Source: a virus. Taken from it: a stretch of 64,000 nucleotides of DNA. A program made the translations under genes and the position numbers. A model generated the notes under the pieces. It was not told where the DNA came from, did no database searches, and saw only the letters and a list, made by a program, of their open reading frames with translations. How positions within the stretch are numbered: position 1 is the stretch's first letter; the number at the start of each line of letters is the position of its first letter. This document shows positions 9,550-17,965 of this stretch, piece after piece. The DNA is taken from the IMG/VR virus record IMGVR_UViG_3300048930_000242, positions 64,001 through 128,000 of that record; one strand, written 5' to 3'.

Positions 9550-10307
9550 CGTCTAATCACGCCTCTCATTGTCTTGTCGAACTCCGAAACGATATTGGCC
9601 AGATAACGCGGACGGAGCACCTTGATAATCCGCTTCTTCTCGTTCTCGATTTCTTCATGTTCTTGGTTTGTAACAAAGACCGACTCCGGATGAGTGTACG
9701 GTCCGATGTTCTCCCAGACCAAGTCTCCATCCACAACGGTCTGACCGAATCCTCCAGGCCAAACCGGCTCGGTTGCTCCAGAGATTGAGTCGTTTCCGTT
9801 ATTGAGTTCAATCACTTTGAATCTGAATGGAGTTGCTGGAAGATTGAGTACGTTTTCCGGCGCGGCCGCTTCTTGAGCGTTCACTACTGTCGGAACCACG
9901 ATCTCGAGGCCTTTGAATCCGTGCTCTGGTTTCCATCGTTGCTCGAAGATAACAGGTTCATAATAGACTCTGTCTTCGAAGACATAATGATGAATGTCAT
10001 ACCTTGTCTCTCCTGGATACTTCAGAGCGATTAGCCGATCGAGTTCCACTTGGGAGAGACACCAATCGAAGAGAGGATTCACCATATCATTCAGGCCGAG
10101 GATGATCCAGTCATATTCTTCGGAGCCATAGAAGTCATGAGCGAGACCCCATGGAGTCTCACCACCCTTGACCTTATAGAAACCGACCAGCCGATAATCG
10201 TCCTTGATGTCTCTGAGGAATGTGGCTCTCCTTGTTAGATCGACCAATTGACGACCAAGGAAATTGACCTTTGGGAAGTACTCGAAATAGTTCTTGACTG
10301 CGGCCAT
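9546..10307 (-). CDS. gp53: Baseplate wedge subunit, gp53-like, with an inserted domain
   Basis: YFEYFP, GETP..LA..FYG...YDWIIL..N...NP.FDW, IHHY, E..ENEKKR.IKVL.P. Confidence 0.9.
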   Translation of the reverse strand: MAAVKNYFEYFPKVNFLGRQLVDLTRRATFLRDIKDDYRLVGFYKVKGGETPWGLAHDFYGSEEYDWIILGLNDMVNPLFDWCLSQVELDRLIALKYPGETRYDIHHYVFEDRVYYEPVIFEQRWKPEHGFKGLEIVVPTVVNAQEAAAPENVLNLPATPFRFKVIELNNGNDSISGATEPVWPGGFGQTVVDGDLVWENIGPYTHPESVFVTNQEHEEIENEKKRIIKVLRPRYLANIVSEFDKTMRGVIRR

Positions 10308-10313
10308 ATTGGA

Positions 10314-11021
10314 TTATCCGAAGAGTGTGGCGTCTTTAGATCTTGAAGGAAGATCTAGTTCAATGAACGAAATGGTGATCACGATATGAACTGGTTGACC
10401 GTTGCGGAACACAGCCCAAATCTGCTCCGGTGAGAGATTCACGTTGATGCCAGTGACGGCGCAGTTACCGCGATTCACTACAATTCCTTCTCCACCGTTC
10501 ACTACGACCGAAAGAGTCTCTGGATATTTGTAGAACGCCGAGCCGCCCTCGATTTCCGGAGCGGCTAGCATATGGAGCTTCTTAAGGAATGCGAATACGC
10601 TCAGAGAGTCACCGGCGGTGAATGGAGCCAAATCGAAGATCATATTGAATCGGCGGTGTTTCACGCCTTTGAAGAGCACTTCTTCCTTAGGGTTGATTGC
10701 GGAACGGTTGGCGGCCAAAGCGCCCTGAACTACACCAGAACCGGCCGCCGCTCCAAGAGCCGCCGCTGCAGCGCCTTGAGCGGCGTCGGCCATGATTCTC
10801 ATTCCATGCGACTTGATTGAATCCAAACTACCAACATCCATAGTATTCATGCCGCCTCTGGCAATGGCTGACCCGGTCATTCCAAGTTCTTCGGCTTCCC
10901 ACATGTATTCGGTCTCGACTTCCATGTTCCTAGGAAAAGGAAGTTTGAATCCAAAAATGTCTACGGCGCCAACTCGATTTCCGGACGTGAGCTTATTGAA
11001 CGTGATTACCGTCGATGTCAT
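10314..11021 (-). CDS. gp48: Baseplate tail-tube cap, gp48-like
   Basis: INPKEEVLFKGV..R.F...F.L.P, YP, NGQPV...I...F.E. Confidence 0.82.
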   Translation of the reverse strand: MTSTVITFNKLTSGNRVGAVDIFGFKLPFPRNMEVETEYMWEAEELGMTGSAIARGGMNTMDVGSLDSIKSHGMRIMADAAQGAAAAALGAAAGSGVVQGALAANRSAINPKEEVLFKGVKHRRFNMIFDLAPFTAGDSLSVFAFLKKLHMLAAPEIEGGSAFYKYPETLSVVVNGGEGIVVNRGNCAVTGINVNLSPEQIWAVFRNGQPVHIVITISFIELDLPSRSKDATLFG

Positions 11022-11248
11022 CGGTTAGGCCTCTTATCCTTGCCCTTGAAATCAAGATCGATGATCTGAATTCTCTCCACTTGATTGGTCTTGGTCACAT
11101 ACCCATCTTCATCTTCGATCTGAAGAAATCTGTCAAGGAGCTTGTTGATGTCATTGTAATTCATTCTCAGGAGTTCTTCTTCCTTTGGGAATGGATTTTC
11201 ATTGGCTTTTTGGTATCTTGCCGGCTTCATTTTACGCCTCTTCGACAC
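11018..11248 (-). CDS. Hypothetical protein
   Basis: Stop overlaps the gp48 start. Confidence 0.5.
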   Translation of the reverse strand: MSKRRKMKPARYQKANENPFPKEEELLRMNYNDINKLLDRFLQIEDEDGYVTKTNQVERIQIIDLDFKGKDKRPNR

Positions 11249-11297
11249 AGTCTTATAGAGGTATCTAAAGTGCCTTCAGATGCTCATAGATAATCCT

Positions 11298-11750
11298 ATG
11301 GCTAAAAGAACTGGACACCATAAGCGTAAGTATACGGTCATGAACGAGAAGAAGTATCTCGGCGACCCCTCTAAGATTGTGGCCCGCTCCTCTTGGGAAC
11401 GAGTGTTCATGATCTGGTGCGACAAGAATCCGAATGTCCTCAGATGGGCATCCGAAGAAGTCGTGGTTCCGTATATCTCTCCGCTGGATAATCAGAAGCA
11501 TAGGTACTTCGTGGACTTCTTCGTCGAATACATCGACGGCAAGACCGGCGAGAAGAAGCAGAAGCTGGTCGAGATCAAGCCGAGGGCCCAGCGACTAGAG
11601 CCGAAGAACCGCAATGGAAAGTCCTACCGTGGAGCGGTAGAGACCTATGTGGTGAATCAGGCCAAATGGAAGGCGGCCGAGATTTATGCCAAGGCTCATG
11701 GAATGGAGTTCGTGGTTCTAGACGAATATGACCTGGGGATCGTGCAGTGA
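11298..11750 (+). CDS. gp4: Head completion nuclease, T4 gp4 (gp50)-like
   Basis: KY.GDP.KI..RSSWE..F..WCD.NP.V..W.SEE..VPY.SP.D...HRYF.DF, EIKP, NQAKW.AA. Confidence 0.95.
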   Translation: MAKRTGHHKRKYTVMNEKKYLGDPSKIVARSSWERVFMIWCDKNPNVLRWASEEVVVPYISPLDNQKHRYFVDFFVEYIDGKTGEKKQKLVEIKPRAQRLEPKNRNGKSYRGAVETYVVNQAKWKAAEIYAKAHGMEFVVLDEYDLGIVQ

Positions 11751-12316
11751 ATGTAGGCAATTTCACCGCCGAGATTATCTCAAAGGCCGGCGCTCTCCAT
11801 GACGCTCTGGACCGAATCGGCAAGCAGCCATCCGACGTCACCGAGCCGCTGGTGAAAGAGATTCTCCGTGGCGGCTTCAATGTGAATGTTCCGGTTGTAG
11901 GCCGAATGTACACATTCACCTACGAGGCGAAATACAAGAACACTCTGCCGTTCTGGGATGCTCAGCCGGTGGTTCTGGTGATTCAACTCCATGATAACGG
12001 AGACTTCACCGGTCTTAACTTTCATTATCTTCCGCTGGACCTGAGAGTCAAGTGTTTCTATCTGTTGGACCATCAAACACGACCGAACGACACCAAGACA
12101 CTCAGTGTGACATGGGAGAAACTGGTCGCCTCGGCAGCAAAGAAAATGGCCGAAGTGACGGTCAAAAGATACATCAAGAAGAATCTCAAATCCAGACTAA
12201 CTCAGATCCCGGCCAAGAACTGGTTTCTCGCACTTGCTCTTCCATTGGCCGACTTCAGAAAGGCGACAGAATTGCAAGTGAATGCTATCTCTAAGAAACA
12301 TGTAGGTGCAGGATGA
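11747..12316 (+). CDS. gp2: DNA end protector, T4 gp2-like
   Basis: GRMY.F.Y.AKYK.TLP.WD..P, F.GLNFHYLP, KRY. Confidence 0.92.
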   Translation: MNVGNFTAEIISKAGALHDALDRIGKQPSDVTEPLVKEILRGGFNVNVPVVGRMYTFTYEAKYKNTLPFWDAQPVVLVIQLHDNGDFTGLNFHYLPLDLRVKCFYLLDHQTRPNDTKTLSVTWEKLVASAAKKMAEVTVKRYIKKNLKSRLTQIPAKNWFLALALPLADFRKATELQVNAISKKHVGAG

Positions 12317-12798
12317 ATATCAGACAGATTCAAGCGGTTGTCAATAACAACTTCCTTCGTGGAAATCGGTTCAAGGTAATGACCGGTCTAGGCAACTTCG
12401 TGGACGAGAGATGCTGCTCGGTCTCTTGGCCGAACATCACCTATTCGACATTCAACTGGAAGAACGCCGGACCGAACATCAAGGTGCCATATGAGCCGGT
12501 CTTCGATGAGGTCCGACTAGAGTTCTATTGCGACCATAACGGCGTCGTGCCTTCGGCGATCCGCAAATGGAACAGAGATATTCTGGATGGATCTCTTCAG
12601 TTCAATTACTTCTCGGAGTATGTCCGTGACGTCTCTATCATGGAATACAACACATCAAACCAGATGGTCCATAAGAAGATTCTCTGTAACGCCTATCCAA
12701 TCACAATCGAGCCAGTTCAACTTGGTTTTGAACTGAATAACCAAGTAGAGAAAATCGCAATGCTTCTGTCTTATGAGTACTCAAAGGATGAGGGATGA
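12313..12798 (+). CDS. gp54: Baseplate tail-tube initiator, gp54-like
   Basis: R.NRF.V, KVPY, Y..EY, AYP..I....L; synteny. Confidence 0.75.
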   Translation: MNIRQIQAVVNNNFLRGNRFKVMTGLGNFVDERCCSVSWPNITYSTFNWKNAGPNIKVPYEPVFDEVRLEFYCDHNGVVPSAIRKWNRDILDGSLQFNYFSEYVRDVSIMEYNTSNQMVHKKILCNAYPITIEPVQLGFELNNQVEKIAMLLSYEYSKDEG

Positions 12799-13283
12799 CA
12801 AACCTGGTTCAAACTCCGGAATTCGTGAAAGTTCTTGATGGATGGCTAGAGAAGAACGATCAGAAGTTCGCCTCGAGGATCAAATCATGGAGCGGGCAAA
12901 TTCCGCCGCAGTTCAAGACTTGCACCACTCCGCTCTACCGTGGGATGACAGTCGATGAGTCTTTCATGGCAGCGGCCGATAAAGGAGTGACATTCAAGAC
13001 ATTCACTTCTTGGTCAATTAAGCCGGAAGTGGCGAAGAAATTTGTGAATGACCCGGCCTATAGATTGTCAAATGGCGGCGGAACGAAAATCAAAATTCTG
13101 ATAACGAAGAAGCTAAATGCATCCGATATTGTGTTCAACATTTTCAATTATGTTCTTTTCATGGGGTGGATGCTCCCATCATTAGGAATGGACGAACTAT
13201 CATTGGATTCTGCAACAAAAGAACAAGAAGTACTAGTGAATAAGGGCGTTGTTATCAAAATGCCCGATATCAAAATTATCTGA
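12795..13283 (+). CDS. Putative ADP-ribosyltransferase (R-S-E type fold)
   Basis: LYRG ... FTSWS....VA..F ... EQEVL motifs in canonical order. Confidence 0.6.
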   Translation: MTNLVQTPEFVKVLDGWLEKNDQKFASRIKSWSGQIPPQFKTCTTPLYRGMTVDESFMAAADKGVTFKTFTSWSIKPEVAKKFVNDPAYRLSNGGGTKIKILITKKLNASDIVFNIFNYVLFMGWMLPSLGMDELSLDSATKEQEVLVNKGVVIKMPDIKII

Positions 13284-13304
13284 AATCAAAATGGAGAAAA
13301 CATA

Positions 13305-14045
13305 ATGGGTCTTCCAAATATCCAAGCGGCGTATCTCACCAAGCAAATCGTGCTTCCGATCTCTAACAAGAAGATCAAGATCCGTCCGTTCTTGGCCAAA
13401 GAAGAGAAACTGATGCTGATGGTGAAAGAATCTCAGAATCCGGACGAGATCGCCGACATTATCTGCCAGGTGATGGACGCCATCTGTCTCGGAGAGATCA
13501 AGACCAAGGAACTTCCCGCGCCGGACACCGAGGCGCTTTTCTTGGCGGCAAGATGCCTCTCAAAAGGAGAGACGTCCGAAGTGACCTATATCTGTCGGGC
13601 GAAGGTCCCAGACCTGAATAAGCCCGGAGAGATGAGAACATGCTCCACTCCGGTGCCTATGGAGATCCGACTCGACGACGTGAAGGTGGTGATTCCAGAA
13701 GGACATACCAAGACGGTGAAGATCACCGGCACTCCTTTCGCTATTAACTTCAGGTATCCTACTCTGGCGGATTCAGCCGGAGTAGAGAAGAATCAAGATC
13801 CTTTCGAGAACGTAGTGAAACTGATCGAGTCGGTTTCTAATCTGGAGACCGGTGTGGTCTATGATGACTTCACCAAAGAAGAACTGAATGAATTCTTGGA
13901 CAGCCTTCCATTTGGATTCATGGCCGAAGCAGCAAATCAGTTTCTCTCCACGATGCCGACTCTATCCAAGAAGATCAAGTTCAAATGCCCATCCTGCGGA
14001 CACGAAGAAGACATCACGGTTAGAGGGTTGACCAATTTTTTCTGA
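13305..14045 (+). CDS. gp26: Baseplate hub assembly protein, gp26-like
   Basis: MGLP, LP.S.KKI.IRPFL.KEEK, D.E.LFL..R..SKGE, CPSCG, C-terminal GL..FF. Confidence 0.9.
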   Translation: MGLPNIQAAYLTKQIVLPISNKKIKIRPFLAKEEKLMLMVKESQNPDEIADIICQVMDAICLGEIKTKELPAPDTEALFLAARCLSKGETSEVTYICRAKVPDLNKPGEMRTCSTPVPMEIRLDDVKVVIPEGHTKTVKITGTPFAINFRYPTLADSAGVEKNQDPFENVVKLIESVSNLETGVVYDDFTKEELNEFLDSLPFGFMAEAANQFLSTMPTLSKKIKFKCPSCGHEEDITVRGLTNFF

Positions 14046-14254
14046 TCAGCGCCTTTAACGACTCGATAAGGGCGCATTATACCTTGAACTTCTTTTTGGT
14101 CAAGGAATATGGTATCACACCAGAAGAGTCCGAGAATATGCTTCCGTTCGAAAGAGAAATCTATATGGGACAGGCGATGAAGGACTTGGAAGCAAGAAGA
14201 AGAGCAGCAATCAATGCCGCCCGTGGCGGACAGTGGACTGAGTTAGGAGCGTAA
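14042..14254 (+). CDS. gp51: gp51-like hub assembly segment, probably expressed by -1 frameshift from gp26
   Basis: -1 frame reads HYTLNFFLVKEY..TPEE.ENMLPFEREIY (short gp51 family); no ATG/GTG before the conserved part. Confidence 0.8.
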   Translation: MISAFNDSIRAHYTLNFFLVKEYGITPEESENMLPFEREIYMGQAMKDLEARRRAAINAARGGQWTELGA

Positions 14255-14258
14255 CTAA

Positions 14259-16748
14259 GTGGCCGAACAACAGCAAAACGACAAGTTCCGTAAAGAGGTC
14301 TTGGCTTATCTCAAGAAGCAAGATTACGGTTCTCAGCGCCTTGGCCCGTTCAAGTCGAATCAACAAGGCAATGAAGAACTTGCCAAAATCCTTATGGACC
14401 TTCAGGACAAGTCTTTTGAAGAGGACACTGAATCACTTGGAGTCCTGGGCAAGGAACTGTCCGAGAAACTCAAGGAGCTGAATGAATCCGCTCTGATGGG
14501 CGATGCCGCCTCTCAGGCCATTTTGCTGGATCAATTGACTGCCTACGAGAATATGATTCCTCTTCTTGAGGAAGGGAATGCCGCTCAGAAGCACGCTAAA
14601 GAGATGCTTGGAATGATGTATAAGGATTCCAAGGCGGCGATGAAACAGAACTCGAAGTTCTATAATCGACTTGTCGAGGGCGCGAAGTCCTTGATGCCGG
14701 CTGCATCCGGCTTCTTGACCGCAATGACCGCCAAGTCTCCAATTGCGGGTGCGATGGTGAACTTCGCCTTGGAGAAGTTCCAGGCCCGTCAGAGACAGAA
14801 AGAAGACGCCAAGGAGCAGGCGGTCAAGTCCTTGATGAAGACTTTTGGAGCGATGGGAACGGCGTCCAGTCCGACCTCTCCAATGCGTGTGCCAAGCGCT
14901 CCATCTACAAGTTACCAGGACCACACCAACGACCCTGAGTTCCAAGCCGGCATCGAGGAAGGCATCATTGAGGAACTTCAGAAGCTGAACACTCAGCAGA
15001 TGGAGGAGCTAAAGACCAAGCTGACCGAACTGTTCGATGTGAACGAAGAGGAACTCGACTCCATTGAGCGGATCGCTCAGTTCTTGGCTCCGATCGCCTC
15101 CGAAGAGGCCACAATGGAAGCCGAGCGCCAAATGGACGAGCAGACCAGAATCCTCCAGTCGATTGCGAAGAACACCGGAGAGGCCGCCGATCCTAAGAAG
15201 AAAGATGGCGCCGGTGGAATGTTGGCCAATCTGCTCGGCTTGGCCGACATGAAGGCCGCGTTTGACATGCTGAAGGGCGCCGGCCTGATGATGTTTGGGT
15301 ATGCCAAGAATCTGGCCAAGCTTTTCTCGAAGTGGGCTATCCCAATCACTCTGGCCGTGGGCATTGGCAAAGGCCTTTACGGTGGCATCAAGAAATGGAT
15401 GGACGGAGGCACATTTGCCGAGGCACTGGCGACCGGTCTTACCGATGCCGGAGATCTCCTCCTGGACATCTTCACATTTGGCTACGCCAACGAAGTGAAG
15501 AAATGGTTCTCCGAGAAAGGCACCGACATTCTCGATCCAATCTTCGAGGCCTATGATTCGATCACTCTCTTCATCTCGGATTCGATGACCACGATTGTCG
15601 AGACATTCCAGAAGCTGAAGAAGTCGATCGGAGGAATGATCACCGACGCCTCGGACATTATTGATGCCATCTCCGAAGGAGGTTTGGACGCCGGTTTCGC
15701 GAAGGCTCAGGAAGTTTACAATCGCCGAAACAATATTCCGCAAGTGAATGTTGCCGGAAACGCCGGAGTGGATTCTCTTGGGAGAGATTCGGCATTTGGG
15801 AAAGCCCACCAAGAGAGGATGGATCGGACCGGCAATCCAAAGTTGATGTCCGCTCGGAAGCGTCGTGAAATGAAGGCTCTTGAAGAGCAGAACCAGGCGG
15901 CCGCGCCTGCCTCGACTTCTCCAGCCAGAGTTCCATCTATAAAGGCGACGACTGCCGAAAAACAGCAAGCCATGTTTGACATCATGGAAGCATCCGAGAA
16001 AGTTGGGGTGAATCCAGAATACATGATGAAAATAACTAAGCAGGAATCTGGATTTGATCCGAAAGCGCAAAATCCAAAATCTTCGGCCGGAGGCCTATTC
16101 CAATTTTTGGATGCTACTTGGCTTGAAATGATGGACAAGAATGCGGCAAAGCATGGAATTGACACGAGTCAAATGTCCAGAGATCAAATTCTGGCCATGA
16201 AGAAAGATTCAAAAATCAACTCGTTAATGGGAGCCGAATTCGCCAAGCAGAATGAAAAGACCATTGGGTCTAGTGATATCGGAGATCTCTACCTTGCTCA
16301 TTTTGCCGGAGCTGGGGCAGCTAAGAAATTGATTTCTGGCGCCGATCCAAGAGAGGCGTTTGGGAAAAATTACAATGCAGTGATGCAGGCGAATCCGTAT
16401 ATCCAAGGACTTGATTCGACTGGAATCAGAAATTGGGCTGCCAATAAAATGGACGGCCCATCTTTGACCGCTCCCGTTATTGGGGCACCTGCGGCCGAAC
16501 TAGCAACCAACGTGACTCCAAAGGCGGAGGCCAATGTAAATGCTCTGGAAAGCGCGTCCACGAAGGTCAAGGCCGACGAGACGATTTCCAGAGCGAAGGT
16601 CGAGTCGAAGAACTCTCAGGTCAACATCCAGAACAACAAGATCGCTGGTGCGTCAAGCGGCGGTGGTCCTCCATCCGGAGGAACCGGTGCGAACTCTCCT
16701 CGTCACTTGGACCCAACAATCGAGAAGTTCTCTCCGTTGTTGACTTAA
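14259..16748 (+). CDS. Tape measure-like protein (gp29 position) with SLT lytic transglycosylase domain
   Basis: Long helical protein; QESGFDP.AQN..SSA.GLFQFL..TW and YLAHF.G motifs. Confidence 0.8.
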   Translation: MAEQQQNDKFRKEVLAYLKKQDYGSQRLGPFKSNQQGNEELAKILMDLQDKSFEEDTESLGVLGKELSEKLKELNESALMGDAASQAILLDQLTAYENMIPLLEEGNAAQKHAKEMLGMMYKDSKAAMKQNSKFYNRLVEGAKSLMPAASGFLTAMTAKSPIAGAMVNFALEKFQARQRQKEDAKEQAVKSLMKTFGAMGTASSPTSPMRVPSAPSTSYQDHTNDPEFQAGIEEGIIEELQKLNTQQMEELKTKLTELFDVNEEELDSIERIAQFLAPIASEEATMEAERQMDEQTRILQSIAKNTGEAADPKKKDGAGGMLANLLGLADMKAAFDMLKGAGLMMFGYAKNLAKLFSKWAIPITLAVGIGKGLYGGIKKWMDGGTFAEALATGLTDAGDLLLDIFTFGYANEVKKWFSEKGTDILDPIFEAYDSITLFISDSMTTIVETFQKLKKSIGGMITDASDIIDAISEGGLDAGFAKAQEVYNRRNNIPQVNVAGNAGVDSLGRDSAFGKAHQERMDRTGNPKLMSARKRREMKALEEQNQAAAPASTSPARVPSIKATTAEKQQAMFDIMEASEKVGVNPEYMMKITKQESGFDPKAQNPKSSAGGLFQFLDATWLEMMDKNAAKHGIDTSQMSRDQILAMKKDSKINSLMGAEFAKQNEKTIGSSDIGDLYLAHFAGAGAAKKLISGADPREAFGKNYNAVMQANPYIQGLDSTGIRNWAANKMDGPSLTAPVIGAPAAELATNVTPKAEANVNALESASTKVKADETISRAKVESKNSQVNIQNNKIAGASSGGGPPSGGTGANSPRHLDPTIEKFSPLLT

Positions 16749-17134
16749 GTGTTCGGATCTTTCGGAAGACTCTTGACCTCAGAGATGATGTAGTCACAAG
16801 CAGCTCCGATCGTCCTGATGATCAGCGAGACCGCTCCGTAGAGAAGAGCGGTCCCGAAGCAGAGAATAGCGATCGGAGCACTCTTCAACAGGAACGCTGC
16901 CAGAAGAGTCAAGATCAAAAAGAAGTACTTCATCCCTATCGAGATCTTGTAGTGCTGGAAGAGATCTCGTGGGATCACTCGGACCTTGGTGAGGACTCCG
17001 CCGATCTTGGCGATCCTGAATGTGGCTCCGATGTCTCCAACATGTGGGGTGAGAGAAGTCTGGACATAATGCTCGGAGAACTGAACCCCGTCGATGACCA
17101 CGATTTCATTTGCCTTGTCGTGAACGATTTCCAT
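16745..17134 (-). CDS. Membrane protein (two TM segments)
   Basis: Hydrophobic C-terminal half; GAGGA RBS. Confidence 0.65.
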   Translation of the reverse strand: MEIVHDKANEIVVIDGVQFSEHYVQTSLTPHVGDIGATFRIAKIGGVLTKVRVIPRDLFQHYKISIGMKYFFLILTLLAAFLLKSAPIAILCFGTALLYGAVSLIIRTIGAACDYIISEVKSLPKDPNT

Positions 17135-17145
17135 TGCGTCCTCTG

Positions 17146-17913
17146 TTAGTCGATGTAAAGGCGAGAGAGCGAACGAATGTCCACGATGGTCCCGGGCTCT
17201 TCTTCAGCTCGGCGGAAAAGCTCATCGATTGCCAGAGCGATCTCGTCGAACAGTCTTGGACTTGGAGTAAAGCCATAGCGGATGTACTTGCTTGTTCGCT
17301 TCAGTGTCGCCACCGGATATTCGAGTGCATTGATTCGGAGAGCCGAATTCAAGGCATCGGAGACCGAGAGAAGTCTGGTGTAGATTATCAATGGGCTGTC
17401 CGAAGAGACTGCGAACTGGCAGACCGTGAAATCAAACGAGTCGATCAGGTCGAAAATCGAGGAATAGAACCGCGGAGTGATCAGCTGAATCTTGATCTCT
17501 GGTTCGAATTCCTTGATTGTCTCACTTGGAATCATATTGGTGAGAGTTCCTTTCGGACAAACAAACGAAGTGACGAAGCCTCGCTCGGTCAGAAAGTTCT
17601 TGGCATTCTGGAATGCTTCGTCTCCAGTGAAGAAGATGTCATAGTCGTTTGGGGTCTTCCGACCGGAAGCCATCTCACGAGCGGCTCCTCCGCCGATGAA
17701 AAGACCTTTGACATTGCTGATCAAATCGATCACAATCGGAGGAATCTGAGAATAGTTGGCGACCAGAGTCACCGGCAGGTTGCTCTTAGTGAGCAGCTCT
17801 AGGTCTTCCGGAGTCGGCTTGGCCTTTCTGGAGAGATACCCAATATCAGAGAGCAGCGGATTCGGGTCACCGTAGGTCAAACGAAGGATTGGCTGGTTCA
17901 CGTGTTTCTCCAT
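17146..17913 (-). CDS. Nucleotidyltransferase (polyA polymerase/CCA-adding head-domain-like)
   Basis: GGAAR...PNDYDIFF, IQLI, FDFTVCQ, R..KY..YGF. Confidence 0.75.
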   Translation of the reverse strand: MEKHVNQPILRLTYGDPNPLLSDIGYLSRKAKPTPEDLELLTKSNLPVTLVANYSQIPPIVIDLISNVKGLFIGGGAAREMASGRKTPNDYDIFFTGDEAFQNAKNFLTERGFVTSFVCPKGTLTNMIPSETIKEFEPEIKIQLITPRFYSSIFDLIDSFDFTVCQFAVSSDSPLIIYTRLLSVSDALNSALRINALEYPVATLKRTSKYIRYGFTPSPRLFDEIALAIDELFRRAEEEPGTIVDIRSLSRLYID

Positions 17914-17923
17914 TATGTAATGC

Positions 17924-17947
17924 AGCGGCTAGGATCTCCTAGCCGCT
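17924..17947. terminator. Hairpin after gp32
   Basis: AGCGGCTAGG-ATCT-CCTAGCCGCT, perfect 10-bp stem. Confidence 0.6.
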
Positions 17948-17965
17948 TCTGTTCACTCACCGATG

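Noticed and set aside
15009-16070. Long antisense ORFs (also 17963, 22994, 28998, 40354, 42715, 48599)
   Set aside because: Shadows of strongly biased codon usage in recognisable genes on the other strand; no RBS or motifs
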